64,000 bases of DNA, taken from positions 122,884,001 to 122,948,000 of the forward strand of contig OX597815.1 in NCBI GenBank assembly GCA_951406725.2, in the 5' to 3' direction. This stretch comes from Octopus vulgaris (taxonomy: Eukaryota). Below the pieces are notes generated by a model, which searched no databases, was not told the DNA's origin, and was given only the letters and a program-made list of their open reading frames with translations. The position numbers and the translations under genes are program-made. Shown here piece after piece: positions 38,489-51,190 of the stretch (its first letter is position 1; every line of letters begins with the position of its first letter).

Positions 38489-39319
38489 ATATATATATAT
38501 ATATAAATACATATACACACACATATGTGCGTACCTCCTTATCTTGACATCATGTGACATCTGTAAAATGAGTGTAATGCAGTGTCAAGCAGTGTCATTT
38601 GTTTCCTATCTTCCATAAAAAAAAAAATGTCCTGTCATGAAGGAAATATTACTTTGCATGGAGAAGTGAATGTTAGAAATGATAATGATGATGAAAGAGC
38701 ATCAACTTCTCCTTACTTAGACAAAATAAATACCACTAATAACTAATGACAAAAAAAAAAACCAGAAGCTGTTCAAGAGTAACAAGTGAACATAAATTCT
38801 ACAGAATACTCCTCAGTGCATGTTTTAATGAAAACGTCATTTACAGCGTGTAAGTTATTCCCACTTTCAAAGATTCCTGTTTGGAAAACTGCATCTGAGA
38901 ATTTTCTGAGGTAAAAATAAGCAAAACTTATTTTTCATGTAATTAAAGAAAAAAAATTCACATGCAACTCAGTACGTGCTGCTCCAAATCCATGTTTGAG
39001 CAGTTGTGAATGTGGCTGACAGCTGAGCCAAAGACCAAGTTACATTTGGTAAGAGCCAGAAACTTCCAGCCTCCCTTACTTGGCACTAATTTGCTTCAAT
39101 TCAATTTGTTATTCTCTTATCAGGAAGCAAACATTAACAAGGTATCTTTCAGCAGTTTTATTTGGTTTTTTTTTGTTCATCTTGCAAAAATTTAGGTTGA
39201 AATTGTTTGATAAGAACCAAAATCACAATTACTATAACATTTCTTTGGGAAAACTACTTCCCACTTTACATGTTCTCAAATTAGCTATGTTCTCCCTAGT
39301 ATTGAAGAGACAGTGAGAA

Positions 39320-39535
39320 TTTAAACTGCCATATCCAGCCAAAATATTCTACCTGTTTCATTTGTTCGAACTGGCCAGAGCCAACCTTTCACATCTTCCC
39401 TACAATGTCATTCTAAAAAATAACCAATCATATAATCAAAATCTCGCAGCCACAAGATAATGCAAGATTAATTCTAATCAAAATGAATATAGAAGCTTTA
39501 CATTTGACAGAGTTATTTGAATGATAAAGAATTAA
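39320..39535 (-). mobile_element. piggyBac-type MITE, decayed; inverted copy of 48960-49160
   Basis: ccctacaatgtcattctaaaaa and catttgacagagttatttgaatg match the reverse complement of 48960-49160. Confidence 0.7.
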
Positions 39536-42500
39536 CAACGTGACTATTTCTTTATTCTTTCACTTGTTTCAGTCATTTGACAGTGGCCATGCTGGAGCAC
39601 CACCTTTATTTGAGCAAATCAACCCCAAGACTTATTCTTTGTAAATTTAGTACTTATTCTATAGGTCTCTTTAGTTGAACTGCTAAGTTACAGGGACGTA
39701 AATGCACCAGCAGCGGTTGTCAAACACAGACACATAAACATTAGTTCTCTCCCTCTTCCTTTCTCTAATTCTTCTTTCTCCCCTTCACCGTTTTCTGTCT
39801 CTCTCTCTTCCTCCTTTACTCTCTCTCCTTGCTCACATGTGACCATCATTCATCTTTCTTTTCCTTTAGTCTGTCACATACACCAGACGCATTCTTATCT
39901 GGCTCCTCTATCTTTTCTCTTGCCAAACCATACTCCTCCAGTGTTCATTACCTTACCTCATCTAGCCTAATGGCCCTCCATCTTTGTTTTCGTTTGGTTT
40001 GTTGTATGTCTCCACTGTCTTGTTTTTGTTACCAACTTTGACCCTCCGCAAATCCCAAATTTTATTTTATTTTGCGGGAGCAACTGTATTTTGAAGCCTC
40101 ATATTGTTGTTAATTGCTCGAAATGTGAAGATGAACAGCCAACAACTGATGAAGGATCGTTCTTTAAGTTACTTTTCCATTTGTTTCTCTCATCATTTGC
40201 ATACCCAAGTTTGCCTTTGTAGTTCATGTTTTCATAATTCATGTTGTTTACGTTTTGTGACGTCCTGTACCCATATACGCAAATATATATGTATGTACAC
40301 ATATGTATGTATATATGCATGTATATATATTTTATATTTACATTATTATTATATATATATATACGACGGGCTTTTTTCAGTTTTCTGTCTACCAAAACTA
40401 CTCACAAGGCTTTGGTTGGCCTGAGGCTATAGTAGAAGACACTTGCCCAAGGTGGCATGCAGTTGAACTGAACCCAGAACCATGTGGTTGGTAAGCAAGC
40501 TACTTACCACACAGTCACTCCTGCACCTATGTAGGATATTTTTTATCTTTTACTTGTTTCAGTCATTAGATTGTGGCCATGCTGAGGTACTGGACTGCCA
40601 TGGAGAATTTTTAGTCAAATTAATTTAAAGCCTGGTACTTATTCTATTGATCTGTTTTGCCAAATCACTAAGTTACAGGGACGTAAACACACCAACACCG
40701 ATTGGCAAGTGGTGGTGGAGGACAAACCTAGACATAAAGATAAACACACACAATGGACTTCTTTCTGCTCACAAAGCTTTGGTCAGCTCAAAGCTATAGT
40801 ACAAGACACTTGCCCAAGCTGCCATGCAGTGGGACTGAACTTAAACCCATGTTGTTGGGAAGCAAACTTCTTACCACACAACCACACCTATGCCAGGGCA
40901 CAAAACAATTCCATGTATATTTAGTCTAAGTTCTTCAAAAGTTTTGTAACTAAGACATGTATGCCATGTATTTATTTCTATTAGGAGTAACAGCAAAAAA
41001 CGTGTATTCATAATATTATTATTAATACAAAGAAATTCCTATAATTTTTGAGCCATGTTATCACCATAATTTATCAGATTCAGTTAAGTTTACATAAGAT
41101 GCTACTCCATGGTGTTAGGGTTTCATGAAGGCATTTTAGTTGTGATATTGAAGCTAATCTATTTCTAGCTAAGTTGGAAAGGGTTTCAGATTAGAATAAA
41201 CATATTCTACTACTTGAACAAAGTATTCTTTGTTGGCACTAAAAAATACCTTACAGCATTTGCCATCTCAAGTGTCAGGATAATATTCTATACAAAATAC
41301 CACCCCTGGCTCTTTTATACCTTTCCTATAACATCAATAGAATGTGTGTAATAAACGTCTCTAAGTTCTAGCTAACATCTGATGTTACTAGGTAGCTTGT
41401 GCTACTCTAAGATATTATTACAGCCAAATAACATTTCTTATATTTCTTACAGAATATTTATAGAGCTGATACACACACACATGCATAGGTGAGGCTGTGT
41501 AGTTGAGAATCTTGCTTACCAGCTATATGGTCTCAGGTTCAATCCCACTGCATGGCACCTTCTACTATAGCCCTGGGCTAACCAAAACCTTTTGAGTGGG
41601 TTTGGTAGATGAGAACTGGATTTAACTGTTGTGTGTGTGTGTGTGAGAGTGTGTGCCCTTGTCATACAAGTGATGTTATTCATTTCCAGTCTTCTGTGAA
41701 AAGCTTGTATGGCCATGGGAAAAATATTATCTTGTATGGAAACAGGTGAGGTTTGGCAACAGGAAGGGCATCCATCTGAAGAAAATCTGCCTCAACAAAT
41801 TCCACGATTCATGTAAACATGGAAAAGTGGGAGTTAAAACAATGAGGAAATGGTATTTCTTCAGACAAGCTGACAAAAAGAAACTATTATTTGTCTCTCA
41901 ATTAATTTGATCATTTCAGTACAACATCATCATCAAGTATCAACATTTAACGTCCATTTTCCATGCTGGCATGGCTTGACAGGAACTGATAAGGTCAGGG
42001 GTGACACCTGGTTCTATATTGTTTTGGTTTGGTTTCTACAGCAGGATTCCCTTCCTAATGCCAACCGTTTTACAGAGTGTACTTGGTGCTTTTTACATGG
42101 CACCATCACCAGTGATTTTTACATGGCATCAGCACCCACACCAATACTTTATCATGTGGTACCTTGGTATTAGGTTCTCAATTCTGTTGTGGTGGGCAGG
42201 TTTTCTTGAGTACTTTTAGGATTTAATAATGTATTATGTTTGAAGAACGATGTCCAAAACCCTGTAGCAATTAGTCTATTGCTTTAATTAACTTTCACAT
42301 TTGTTATACAGGTTTGCTGATATCTTTTACTCACCGTGTGAATTAACTAAATCAAGAGATATAATATGAAAAGAAGGGGAAAATATAGAAAAAATAAAAG
42401 AAACAAAGCAATAAATACTGACAAACATTTTTAAAAAAGAAAAGTAGGCATTTAATTCTTCAATATTCCTACTCAGTAAATGCTTTTCAATAATGTAGCT

Positions 42501-42685
42501 TTAAAAAAAAATGTTTGTTCTCAATAATTTACTAAGTCACTTTTACAAAAAGTATTAGAACTTTAAATTTCAGAATAATTTTACTGTGCTTAGTTCTACT
42601 AGTTTGATAAATTAATACTGATGCAGAGCACAAATTCCAAAATGGGATATTGTAAATGACCAAACAAGATAGAAAATAAGAACAT

Positions 42686-42691
42686 TTTATT
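42686..42691 (-). terminator. Candidate CutA polyadenylation signal AATAAA
   Basis: tttatt on the plus strand, about 75 nt past the CutA stop codon. Confidence 0.5.
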
Positions 42692-42764
42692 TCAGTTAAG
42701 TCTCTTTAAATGTCTAGATGGTTTACACAAACTTCAACTTCAGAAGTAAATTACTCTATTAAAA

Positions 42765-43192
42765 TTACTTTTGTGGTACAATATCTGCAATCCATTTAAG
42801 ATATGGAGCATTGCCTTTATCAATTGGTGTTGATATTACCTCTGCAACATCATATGGGTGGTTGCCACGAACAAATTCAACAACATCATTGACCCGAGAA
42901 GTCCGGGTCTTTATCATCAATAATATTTCAGGGTCTTCATTTACTTCATTTTCCCATTCATACACAGAAATAATACCAGGTATTATATTGACACAAGCTG
43001 CTAGCTTTTCTCGGACCAAACCCCCAGCAATATGTTTGGCTACATTAATATCAGGCACCGTTACAAATGCCATAGAGTAGACGCCAGATTGGTTGAAGTT
43101 CGTTTCACTACCAGACATCATCATGTTGGTTTGGTGTATAGGACCAGAAGACATAATTAATGGTGACAAGATACGGCTAAATCCAAATCGAG
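42765..43192 (-). CDS. CUTA: Protein CutA homolog, terminal coding exon. First AUG in the exon is at 43154 (129 aa).
   Basis: YSMAFVTVPDINVAKHIAGGLVREKLAACVNIIPGIISVYEWENEVNEDPEILLMIKT...VRGNHPYDVAEVIS...GNAPYLKWI is a typical CutA1 domain. Acceptor ttttttcag at 43193. The ORF track upstream of 43192 is intronic. Confidence 0.96.
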
Positions 43193-44695
43193 CTGAAAAA
43201 AGATGATAAAAACAGATATAATCAATTAAGCAACATGTAATGGAATTTAAATAAAACAAATAAGTATTTTTTGTAACATTCAATAACAGATGCAAACATT
43301 GGTTGAGTTAATATATAATCCTATATAAAATAAATAAAATATATTGTATTCACATCTCAGATATGAACAAAACAAAGTGGGGAAAAGTGAGAAGGTGTAG
43401 AGAAATGAGAAAAATATTGATATACACTATGAGAGGCAAGGAGAGAAAACAGAGTAAGTGTAAACATAAGAGAAAAAGAGAGAGAAGGAGAAAGAGTGAT
43501 ATTGTATGAAGGAGAAATTAGATACTAAAAACCATATAAACTCAAACTTTGGGTGGAGGAAAATTTAAAAATCTTTAAAATATTTTAAAAGTCAAAATGT
43601 TTAATGCTTTGAGTAAACAATAAAGTAAGGTTAGGTTGCTTAGTAACTGTTGTATTCAAAGTAAGCTCTGAGTAAATGTATAATAGCATTGGGTATAGGA
43701 TTAAATTGTTTTAATTAACAGTAGCTGTTCAATTTTTATAATTTGCAATCAAACTATAGTGAAAGTTAAGAGTTAATTCAGATTAATCAAGAAACTTTGT
43801 TTTTATATAATTAGCATTCTAGTCCATGATCAGATAAATTCTTGATGGTGTTAGTATGTTCATTCTCAAGTACCCCATGCAGTTACATCAGAAATATGGC
43901 ATCTGTCCCACGTATTGGTAAAAATCCAAACTTCATCCTATTTGTATCTCAATTCAGCCCTATATTACAAGTTTTCCTCTCTCCCTACTCCACTTCTCCC
44001 TGCCACCACCTATTGGGTCTATAAGCTTTTAGTGCTTTGTAACTTCATAACTTCAGTACATCCTCCCTACTTTTTAAGAATTTGAGTAGTGCAGAAGCAA
44101 TCTCCAAGCAAGCTGAAACTATATAGCCTTGTTTTGATTCCCAACTCTAGCTATATTTCTTACCCTATAAAATCTATTTGTTCTATCTCCAAAAAATTAA
44201 ATAACAAAACTGTTATCAGAGATAAATGTTTCCTGTTTGATCTGATTATATTTTGAAGTGAGTATAAGTGCTACCTCAATTCACATAAAGGTTTTCAGCA
44301 ACCATAGACTTTCATAATTGCCTCACTAATTAACAACAAATTTTTATAGCAAGGCTTGGCCTTGATTACACATGCAAGCTCCACCCTTCATTTCATTTTC
44401 ACATTTTGCTGAGTAACCTCTAAATGATTTATCAGAAGACCTATTTTAATAAGTGGACATTATAGCAAACTTAAACCCAGTATAATACTCACTGTATCAT
44501 AGGCTTTTTGCATCACAATGAAAGTCTTTCCAAGCATAAGCTCTCCCAGTGGATGAAGTCAGAGCATTACTTTATTCTGACTTTCTCATAGTGTTTTCTT
44601 GGCAGAAACATTAAGGTGGTTTGCTATTGTCTTCCCCAACTGGATGACCATTGGCCCACAAGGAGATCATCCATCCTTCATCAGGTCTTGTTTTT

Positions 44696-44765
44696 AGTGT
44701 CTAGACACCCTCCTCTCATAAGAATAGCAAAGTGTCTAGACACCCTCCTCTCATAAGAATAGCAA
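44696..44765. repeat. Perfect 35-bp tandem duplication
   Basis: agtgtctagacaccctcctctcataagaatagcaa occurs twice. Confidence 0.95.
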
Positions 44766-47700
44766 GCTACTCAAGTGAGGGAGCTGTTCATTTGTTGACC
44801 ACTTGACCATAGAACAGATACTACTGGTTTACATGGTACCAGTAGTAGGTCTTATCAGTAAATTACAAATTCTTTATAGCCAATAAAACAAGTGTAATAC
44901 TAATGTACTTTTTAAATGTGCACAATGTATATATATATATATATCATAATGGGTACATCATGTAACAGCATCCAGATTAACACCAGACTTTTTTACATAC
45001 CCCTTTCTAAATGTGTTGCTTACTTTGCACTTAGTCTCCAAAAATAATTCTACATTACTTTCTTCAAATAACAGTATATAATTAGCTGATCAACAGTTTT
45101 AATCAGTTAACAATAGTTAATTAACAATATTCTTTTGTCATAGCCAGCCATATCCACCAGAGATACTGAACTAGCCAACTGGATAATTTTCAATGTGGAT
45201 ACTGAGCTCTTCCACTATAAAAATGTTCTTTCTGAAATTATCAATATAAATTAGAGCATCATTTGTATTTCAGTTAGCAAACAAGGAAGAATTATCTTTG
45301 ATAAACAGTACTATTGCTATTTTAGTCTATGTTTATATTAGTTTATTATACAGTAAGTGTTGTATCAATCCCCATATGTTCCAGAACCTAAGATATATTA
45401 TTCTGTAACCCATCCTTGACCATTTCTTCCTCATTATCAAATCAATCCACCATATTCCATATTCATTCTCTAAAAAACCTATTTTTCTTTGCTACAATCT
45501 CAATAAAAAATAAACTATACTTCTCCCACTGTATATAGTACATAGCTGCCTATCATCTAACATGACTACTACTTCTGTTACTCCCCTGTGAGATTTCTTG
45601 GAGAACAATTTAACATAAGGAAAAAAATAAAATTACATTTTTTTTACATTAAACTTATTAAAGAAACACAAAGCAATTTGCTTCCTTGTATTACACACAC
45701 ACACACACAAAACTAATAAAATACACAACTACAAGTGTATTAGAACAAGAGAGTTGAAGTTTCACTACCATAAATGTACAGTAAACTGGAAGCTGGTAGT
45801 CCAGAACAACTGTTTTACAGCTTCCCTTGGCAACACTGACAATAAATGCCAGCTATAAAGCAAAGTTCTTCTGAGAAGAAAAAAGAATCTGAAATATAGA
45901 TAAAGTAGCCAGCAGTAGATATTGGAAACTCTGAGTGGGCGTTAACTTTACACATACAAAAGAACTTGGTTTTAAGTAACTACGATGTAAATAAATACAA
46001 GACAAAAAGCAAATTATAAATTCTCTAATGCCAACAAAATAATATTCTAAGAAGGTGGGGATGTAGCAGTTAGGGAAACAAAGATTTATAACAATGTATA
46101 CGAAGTATTAATTTCAGAGTATTGTAATGGATATAGAAGCTGTAAATTTTAGCATATTTACAGTTTCAACTATTTTCCAAGCAAGTATCATCATCATCAT
46201 CACCACCACCACCGCCACCAGCACATCAGTTACTTTTCCATGCTTGCATGAGTTGGACAATTTATTGAGATAGATTTTCTACAACCAGGTGCCCTTCATG
46301 CGACCATCTTCCACCTTTTTCCAAGCAAGGTGATATTTCCTCATGGTCAGATATGTTTTTGCAAACTACTGGAAATTAACGACACTGCTTGCATGGCAGT
46401 GACACACATTTACAACTAACATGTGCTGACAAGACAAGGAAACACAAATATATACAATGGGCTTCTTCTAGTTTCCATTACTCAATATATACAAACAATG
46501 GGCTTTTTCTATATTGAGCAATGGTTGCTCAATATATACAGACAATGGGCTTCTAGTTTCCATTGCTCAAATCCACTAATAAGGCTTTAGTCAGCACCAA
46601 GCATTATAAGTAGAAGACTAAGATGCCATGCAGTGGTACCGAACCCAAAACCATGTTGTTGGGAAGTAAACTTTTTAACCACATAGCCACACCTGCACCA
46701 ACAAATTTCCTAAAAAGGCACAAACATTTTATTTACTAACTTTTTAAAAATATTTGTATTAGGACATATTAAAAATAATAATTATGCACATACATTTTGA
46801 GAGAGGAAGCACTTAATTAAAAAAGAGGATTAATAGTTTAAAATTTAAAAACTGATAATAAAGATACAAGAAGTTAGAGTTTTTATCAAAATGTTGCAGA
46901 GCAGAAGTTTAAACATTGATATAAAATATATCTAAAACATGTTTTATCAACCTGAGAACAGAGAACTGAACAAAACATTCTTAAACCCGCCTTTTAAATG
47001 AGCCTAGATGACCAGAGAAAAGATAAAAGTTGGGAAAGTTAACACATTATCAAGTTATACTGTGTTTTTGTTTTGCTTCAAACAAAATGTTTGTATAACC
47101 CAACTTAAAGGAAAAGTGGATAAAAGCACAATCATTACTCTTAAAATAGAATGATTATGACATAGAAGCACAAACATTTCAGTTTAACTCCAATAGATTA
47201 TAAAACACTAGATGGTGATGTTATCTTAAAACACTGAAATCAGTTAAAGAGGGAATTTTTGAACATTTTAAAGAGAAGAAATACAAAGTTGTTCTTTATT
47301 AAAAGCAGGAGAGAGGCTGGGGAGAGAAATCTGCTTTCCAAACAAAGCTAAGTATTGCTATTGCTGACATTATAACAGCAAGAGGATGAAACTAAAATAG
47401 CTAAAACAATATAATAGTCAAGTTATTAAAGAACAGACAACATGCAAGCTCTTTAAATTTGTCAACCTTGGGACCTAAGCATTGTTGAGCTATGGAAAAA
47501 GGTTAGAAAACAGAAATTGATCACTAAGCCCCTATGTAAACATTGTCTAGCCATCTTTTGCCTTTCCTTGCCTTGCAAGATACATGGCCACCTCACTAGA
47601 GCTGGTGGCACAATAAAAGCACCTAGTCAGTATACATTGAAAAGTGGTTGGCATTAGAAAGTGCATCCAGTTACAGAAACCATGCTTGGAGTTCAATGCA

Positions 47701-48377
47701 GCCCTGTCAAACTGTCCAAGAAAAAAGCTTAAAGCAAGAAACAATTGTTCATTCATTGTCTGTTGTTTGATGTTAGCATGGATCAGAATGGGGACTAATT
47801 TGAAGTACCACATGGTTGGATGCTTTTTGTGTTGCCAACCATCACCTGTTTGTCAGGTAGGAGATTTTTATATTCCAGCAGTTTTCAAAGGCATGGAGCA
47901 ACCAGTTATAATTTTAGAGTCAGCACCACTTGGGTTACACAAGAAAATGTAAAATCAACATACACACTCGTTGAGGTAGATTTTTCTATGGCTGGATGCC
48001 CTTCCTGTCACCAACCTTCACCTGTTTCTAAGCAAGATACTATTTCCTTATGGCTGGGCATGTTTTCACAAAAGATTGAAAACAAATGACACTGTGTGAT
48101 GGTGATGCGCATTTACAACTAATGAGCAATCAAAAAGAGGCAAAACACAAGCATATAATGAGCTTCTTTCAGTTTCAATCTACCAAATCCACTCACAAGG
48201 CTTTGGTTGGCAGATGCTATAGTAGCATGGGTTGGACAGTTTGACTGGGGCCTGCCAAGCCAGGAGGCCGCTCCAGACTCCAGTCTGATTTGGCAATGTT
48301 TCTACAGCTAGATACCCTTCCTAATGCCAACCACTTCAAGAGTGTAGTGGGTGCTTTTTACATGTCACTGGCACAGG

Positions 48378-48485
48378 AGCCAGTCAGGCAGCACTGACAT
48401 CAGCCATGTTTGGATGGTGCTTTTAATGTGCTACCGTAAAAAGCACCATCTGAACGTGGCCAATGCCAGTGCTGCCTGACTGGCT
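48378..48485. repeat. Hairpin with about 47-bp arms formed from RTE 3' UTR sequence, in the CutA intron
   Basis: agccagtcaggcagcactg...gatggtgctttt / aaaagcaccatc...cagtgctgcctgactggct. Mismatches are transitions. Confidence 0.9.
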
Positions 48486-48959
48486 GTTTTTAAAAAACCA
48501 CTAAATTTGAAGATGCAAACAAACCAACACATGTTAGAGATATACACATACTACATACTCTGTGTCTGTGTGTGTGTGTGCACGCGCAATATCTGACAAA
48601 AAACCCGCAAGCCACAAGGAGGATTGAAGTGGCACTTGAACATTCATAATGAACAAGCGGAAAATGGAGCCATGCTGAAATGAGACATTGTTACAGGACA
48701 TGTGATCAGCTTTACAAATACTTTTCAGAGCTCAAAAGTCATTTCAGATCTCCTACTATGAAAGAGCAATTATAGGTACAAAGAAGTAGTCAAGCTTTGC
48801 AAGGAGTAGATGTCCACCATAATATATCTATACACATACTCCCAAGTTTCAGTTTCTATGTACCAGATTCACTCTAAGGTGTTGGTCAGCCCAAGGCTAT
48901 AATAAAAGGCACTTTCATAAGTTATGTGAGAGGGAGGGCAGAGCAGGGAGTATATTTAA

Positions 48960-49160
48960 CTCTTTAGTATTCAGATTACTTTGTCAAATGTTTTAAAAAA
49001 TTAATCATGTAGTATTTTGTAGCTTTGAGTTTTTAAAGATGTGATTGCTTATTTTTAGAATGACATTGTAGGGTAGGTGTGAGAGGCTGGATTTGGCCAG
49101 TTTGAACATAAGACAAGTAGAATATCTGGGCTGGATAAGGCCAGTTTAAATGTTAAAGGA
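48960..49160. mobile_element. piggyBac-type MITE
   Basis: TTAA flanks. Decayed TIR ctctttagtatt / aatgttaaagga. Confidence 0.75.
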
Positions 49161-50769
49161 TTAAATTGATCTCATTATTAGTTTGTAGTTATTTATTTAT
49201 TTATATTCTTTCCTTGAAAGTCTGTGTTGAAATATTTGGAGAAAGTAATTTCCAAAGTGTTTCTGTGTTAGAGATGACTGAAATCATAAATTTTGGAAAG
49301 TGAGCAAGAGATCTGTTCTGTTTTGTCTCCTTGTTGTTTACTTTTACTCTCAACTTTTAACAGAAAGCCATTCCCTTAGGGCTTGTAGTGTTGCAAGTTG
49401 TATGGGAACCTCACTAGTGCTGGTAGTACAAAACAAAAAACAAAAAAAGCACCCAGTACATACTGTAACGTGATTGGTGTTAGGAAGGGCATCCAGCCAT
49501 AGAAACAATGCCAAAGCATGATGCAGTCCTTGAGCCTACTGGATCCAGTTAATGCATGCAACCCATGGAACATCAACAGTAAATGATGATAATATATATC
49601 ATAGAGGAAAATGTGAGATACAATAATCTGCTAATAAGATGTAATAGGTGTTCTGAAGAATAGATCCCTTGCTGACATAAAGATACAACCAGGCAGGGGA
49701 TGGGCAAAAGATGTTCTGAGTGAGTTTACCATTTACATTGCTATCCCTTCCCTTTCCCTTACATGAAAAAACAGATGGAGGCTGATGATAGAAAGAGCAT
49801 CCAACCATAAAATCCTGCCTTAAAATAACTCCTTGTCTAATTAATGCTAGCATAGGTTAATAAACAATGATGAAAAGATGAATGAATCAATGAACTTTTA
49901 GAACTATTCTATTTTATAATATATAAAATTCACTAAAAATAGACATATTTATGGATGGCTAAGAATATTTTAATTAAAATCTTAGTCACTGAAAGGAAGA
50001 GCAGAGAAAACCTGCAAACATGCCAACAGTTTAGTAAGATAACGAGGTGCTATTTATAGTAATTCAGCTTTCATTTATAATTAGAAAATATATTCAAAGT
50101 GTCAATGACAGTAATATAAATGTATTATTTGATAGAATTTAAAAGTAATTTTGTTTTCCAGCCAGTGGATAACTTTCAGTGTATTTCTTCAATAGAATTA
50201 TAACTGAAAAGCTGAGAGAAAATAGTGGAAGTGTTTATGATGTTTCTGTATGTGTATGTTTGTGAAAGACGGGAAGGAAGAGGAAGACGAATAGCTTCAA
50301 ATATTTAATGAATGCTGCTATGTCATACTGACTTCAGGTTTGTTGATTGAATGTTTAGATATATCCCATTGACTACATGGCACAAGGAGATAATAAAAGA
50401 AATGACAACAAACATCATTACTTAAGTATATCTAGGGCCAAATACTCAAAATAAAGAGGTACTTTTCTCCTTTCTATAAATTGTTACATTTGAAGTCTAT
50501 CTCTAACAAACTTTTAACAGCCAAGTTAAAGCTAGTTTAATACAGGACCTATATACTAGGGTAGGTATACATTCCATTCTATCCAATCAATTTTCTTTAA
50601 CTCAAGGTCTATGATAAACTTTTGCTCCTTTTGAAAATCATAACAACAGGATAAACTCCTTTGGACTTGAAGCAGAATTTTAATAAAAAAAGAAAAAGGA
50701 TCATCACATCAGTTTCAAAAGTGAGTATTCAGTTGTTTGACCAACTGAACCACACCTCTTCATTGAATT

Positions 50770-51190
50770 ACCTGAGCAGGAGGGCCAAGATTTGGGTCTT
50801 CAGGTCTCTGGTCTTCCCCATCTTATTCTTGGACACCATTTAGGGCTTTTAGGACCATGGGTTACCAATGGTCTGATTTTATATCCAACCAATGATTATA
50901 CTTAGAAATTAGAAGATGCATTCTATTACTTGTATGGTTTGGAAGCATCAGCTCAGACTGTATAGTCAAGCTGTTTAATTTTTCAAGTTGTAGCCTGCAC
51001 ATTGTGTTCTCTTCTGAGGATCCTGCTGGGGTGATGGCTTGTTGGTTGGCCACATACCATATGGTCACAGCAAATGAAGAGATATCTTGCAGAGATGGGG
51101 ACTGCTCAGAGGGTTGCCTGGGATGACCCAAGCAAATACCAACAGATGGTGGAGGCAGCAATAGTACATTCTCCCATATGTAACCTAACC
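50770..51190 (+). mobile_element. Old RTE-type LINE fragment
   Basis: YLSRRAKIWVFRSLVFPILF, GYQWSDFISN and HQLRLY motifs, with deletions and stops. Confidence 0.7.

Noticed and set aside
42765-43154. CutA as bacterial contamination or horizontal transfer
   Set aside because: The sequence looks eukaryote-type (HPYDVAEVIS, GNAPYLKW), has spliceosomal signals and lies among host repeats.
43193-43295. ORF-track N-terminus of CutA (MHLLLNV...)
   Set aside because: TTG start in AT-rich sequence upstream of a clear splice acceptor; intronic.
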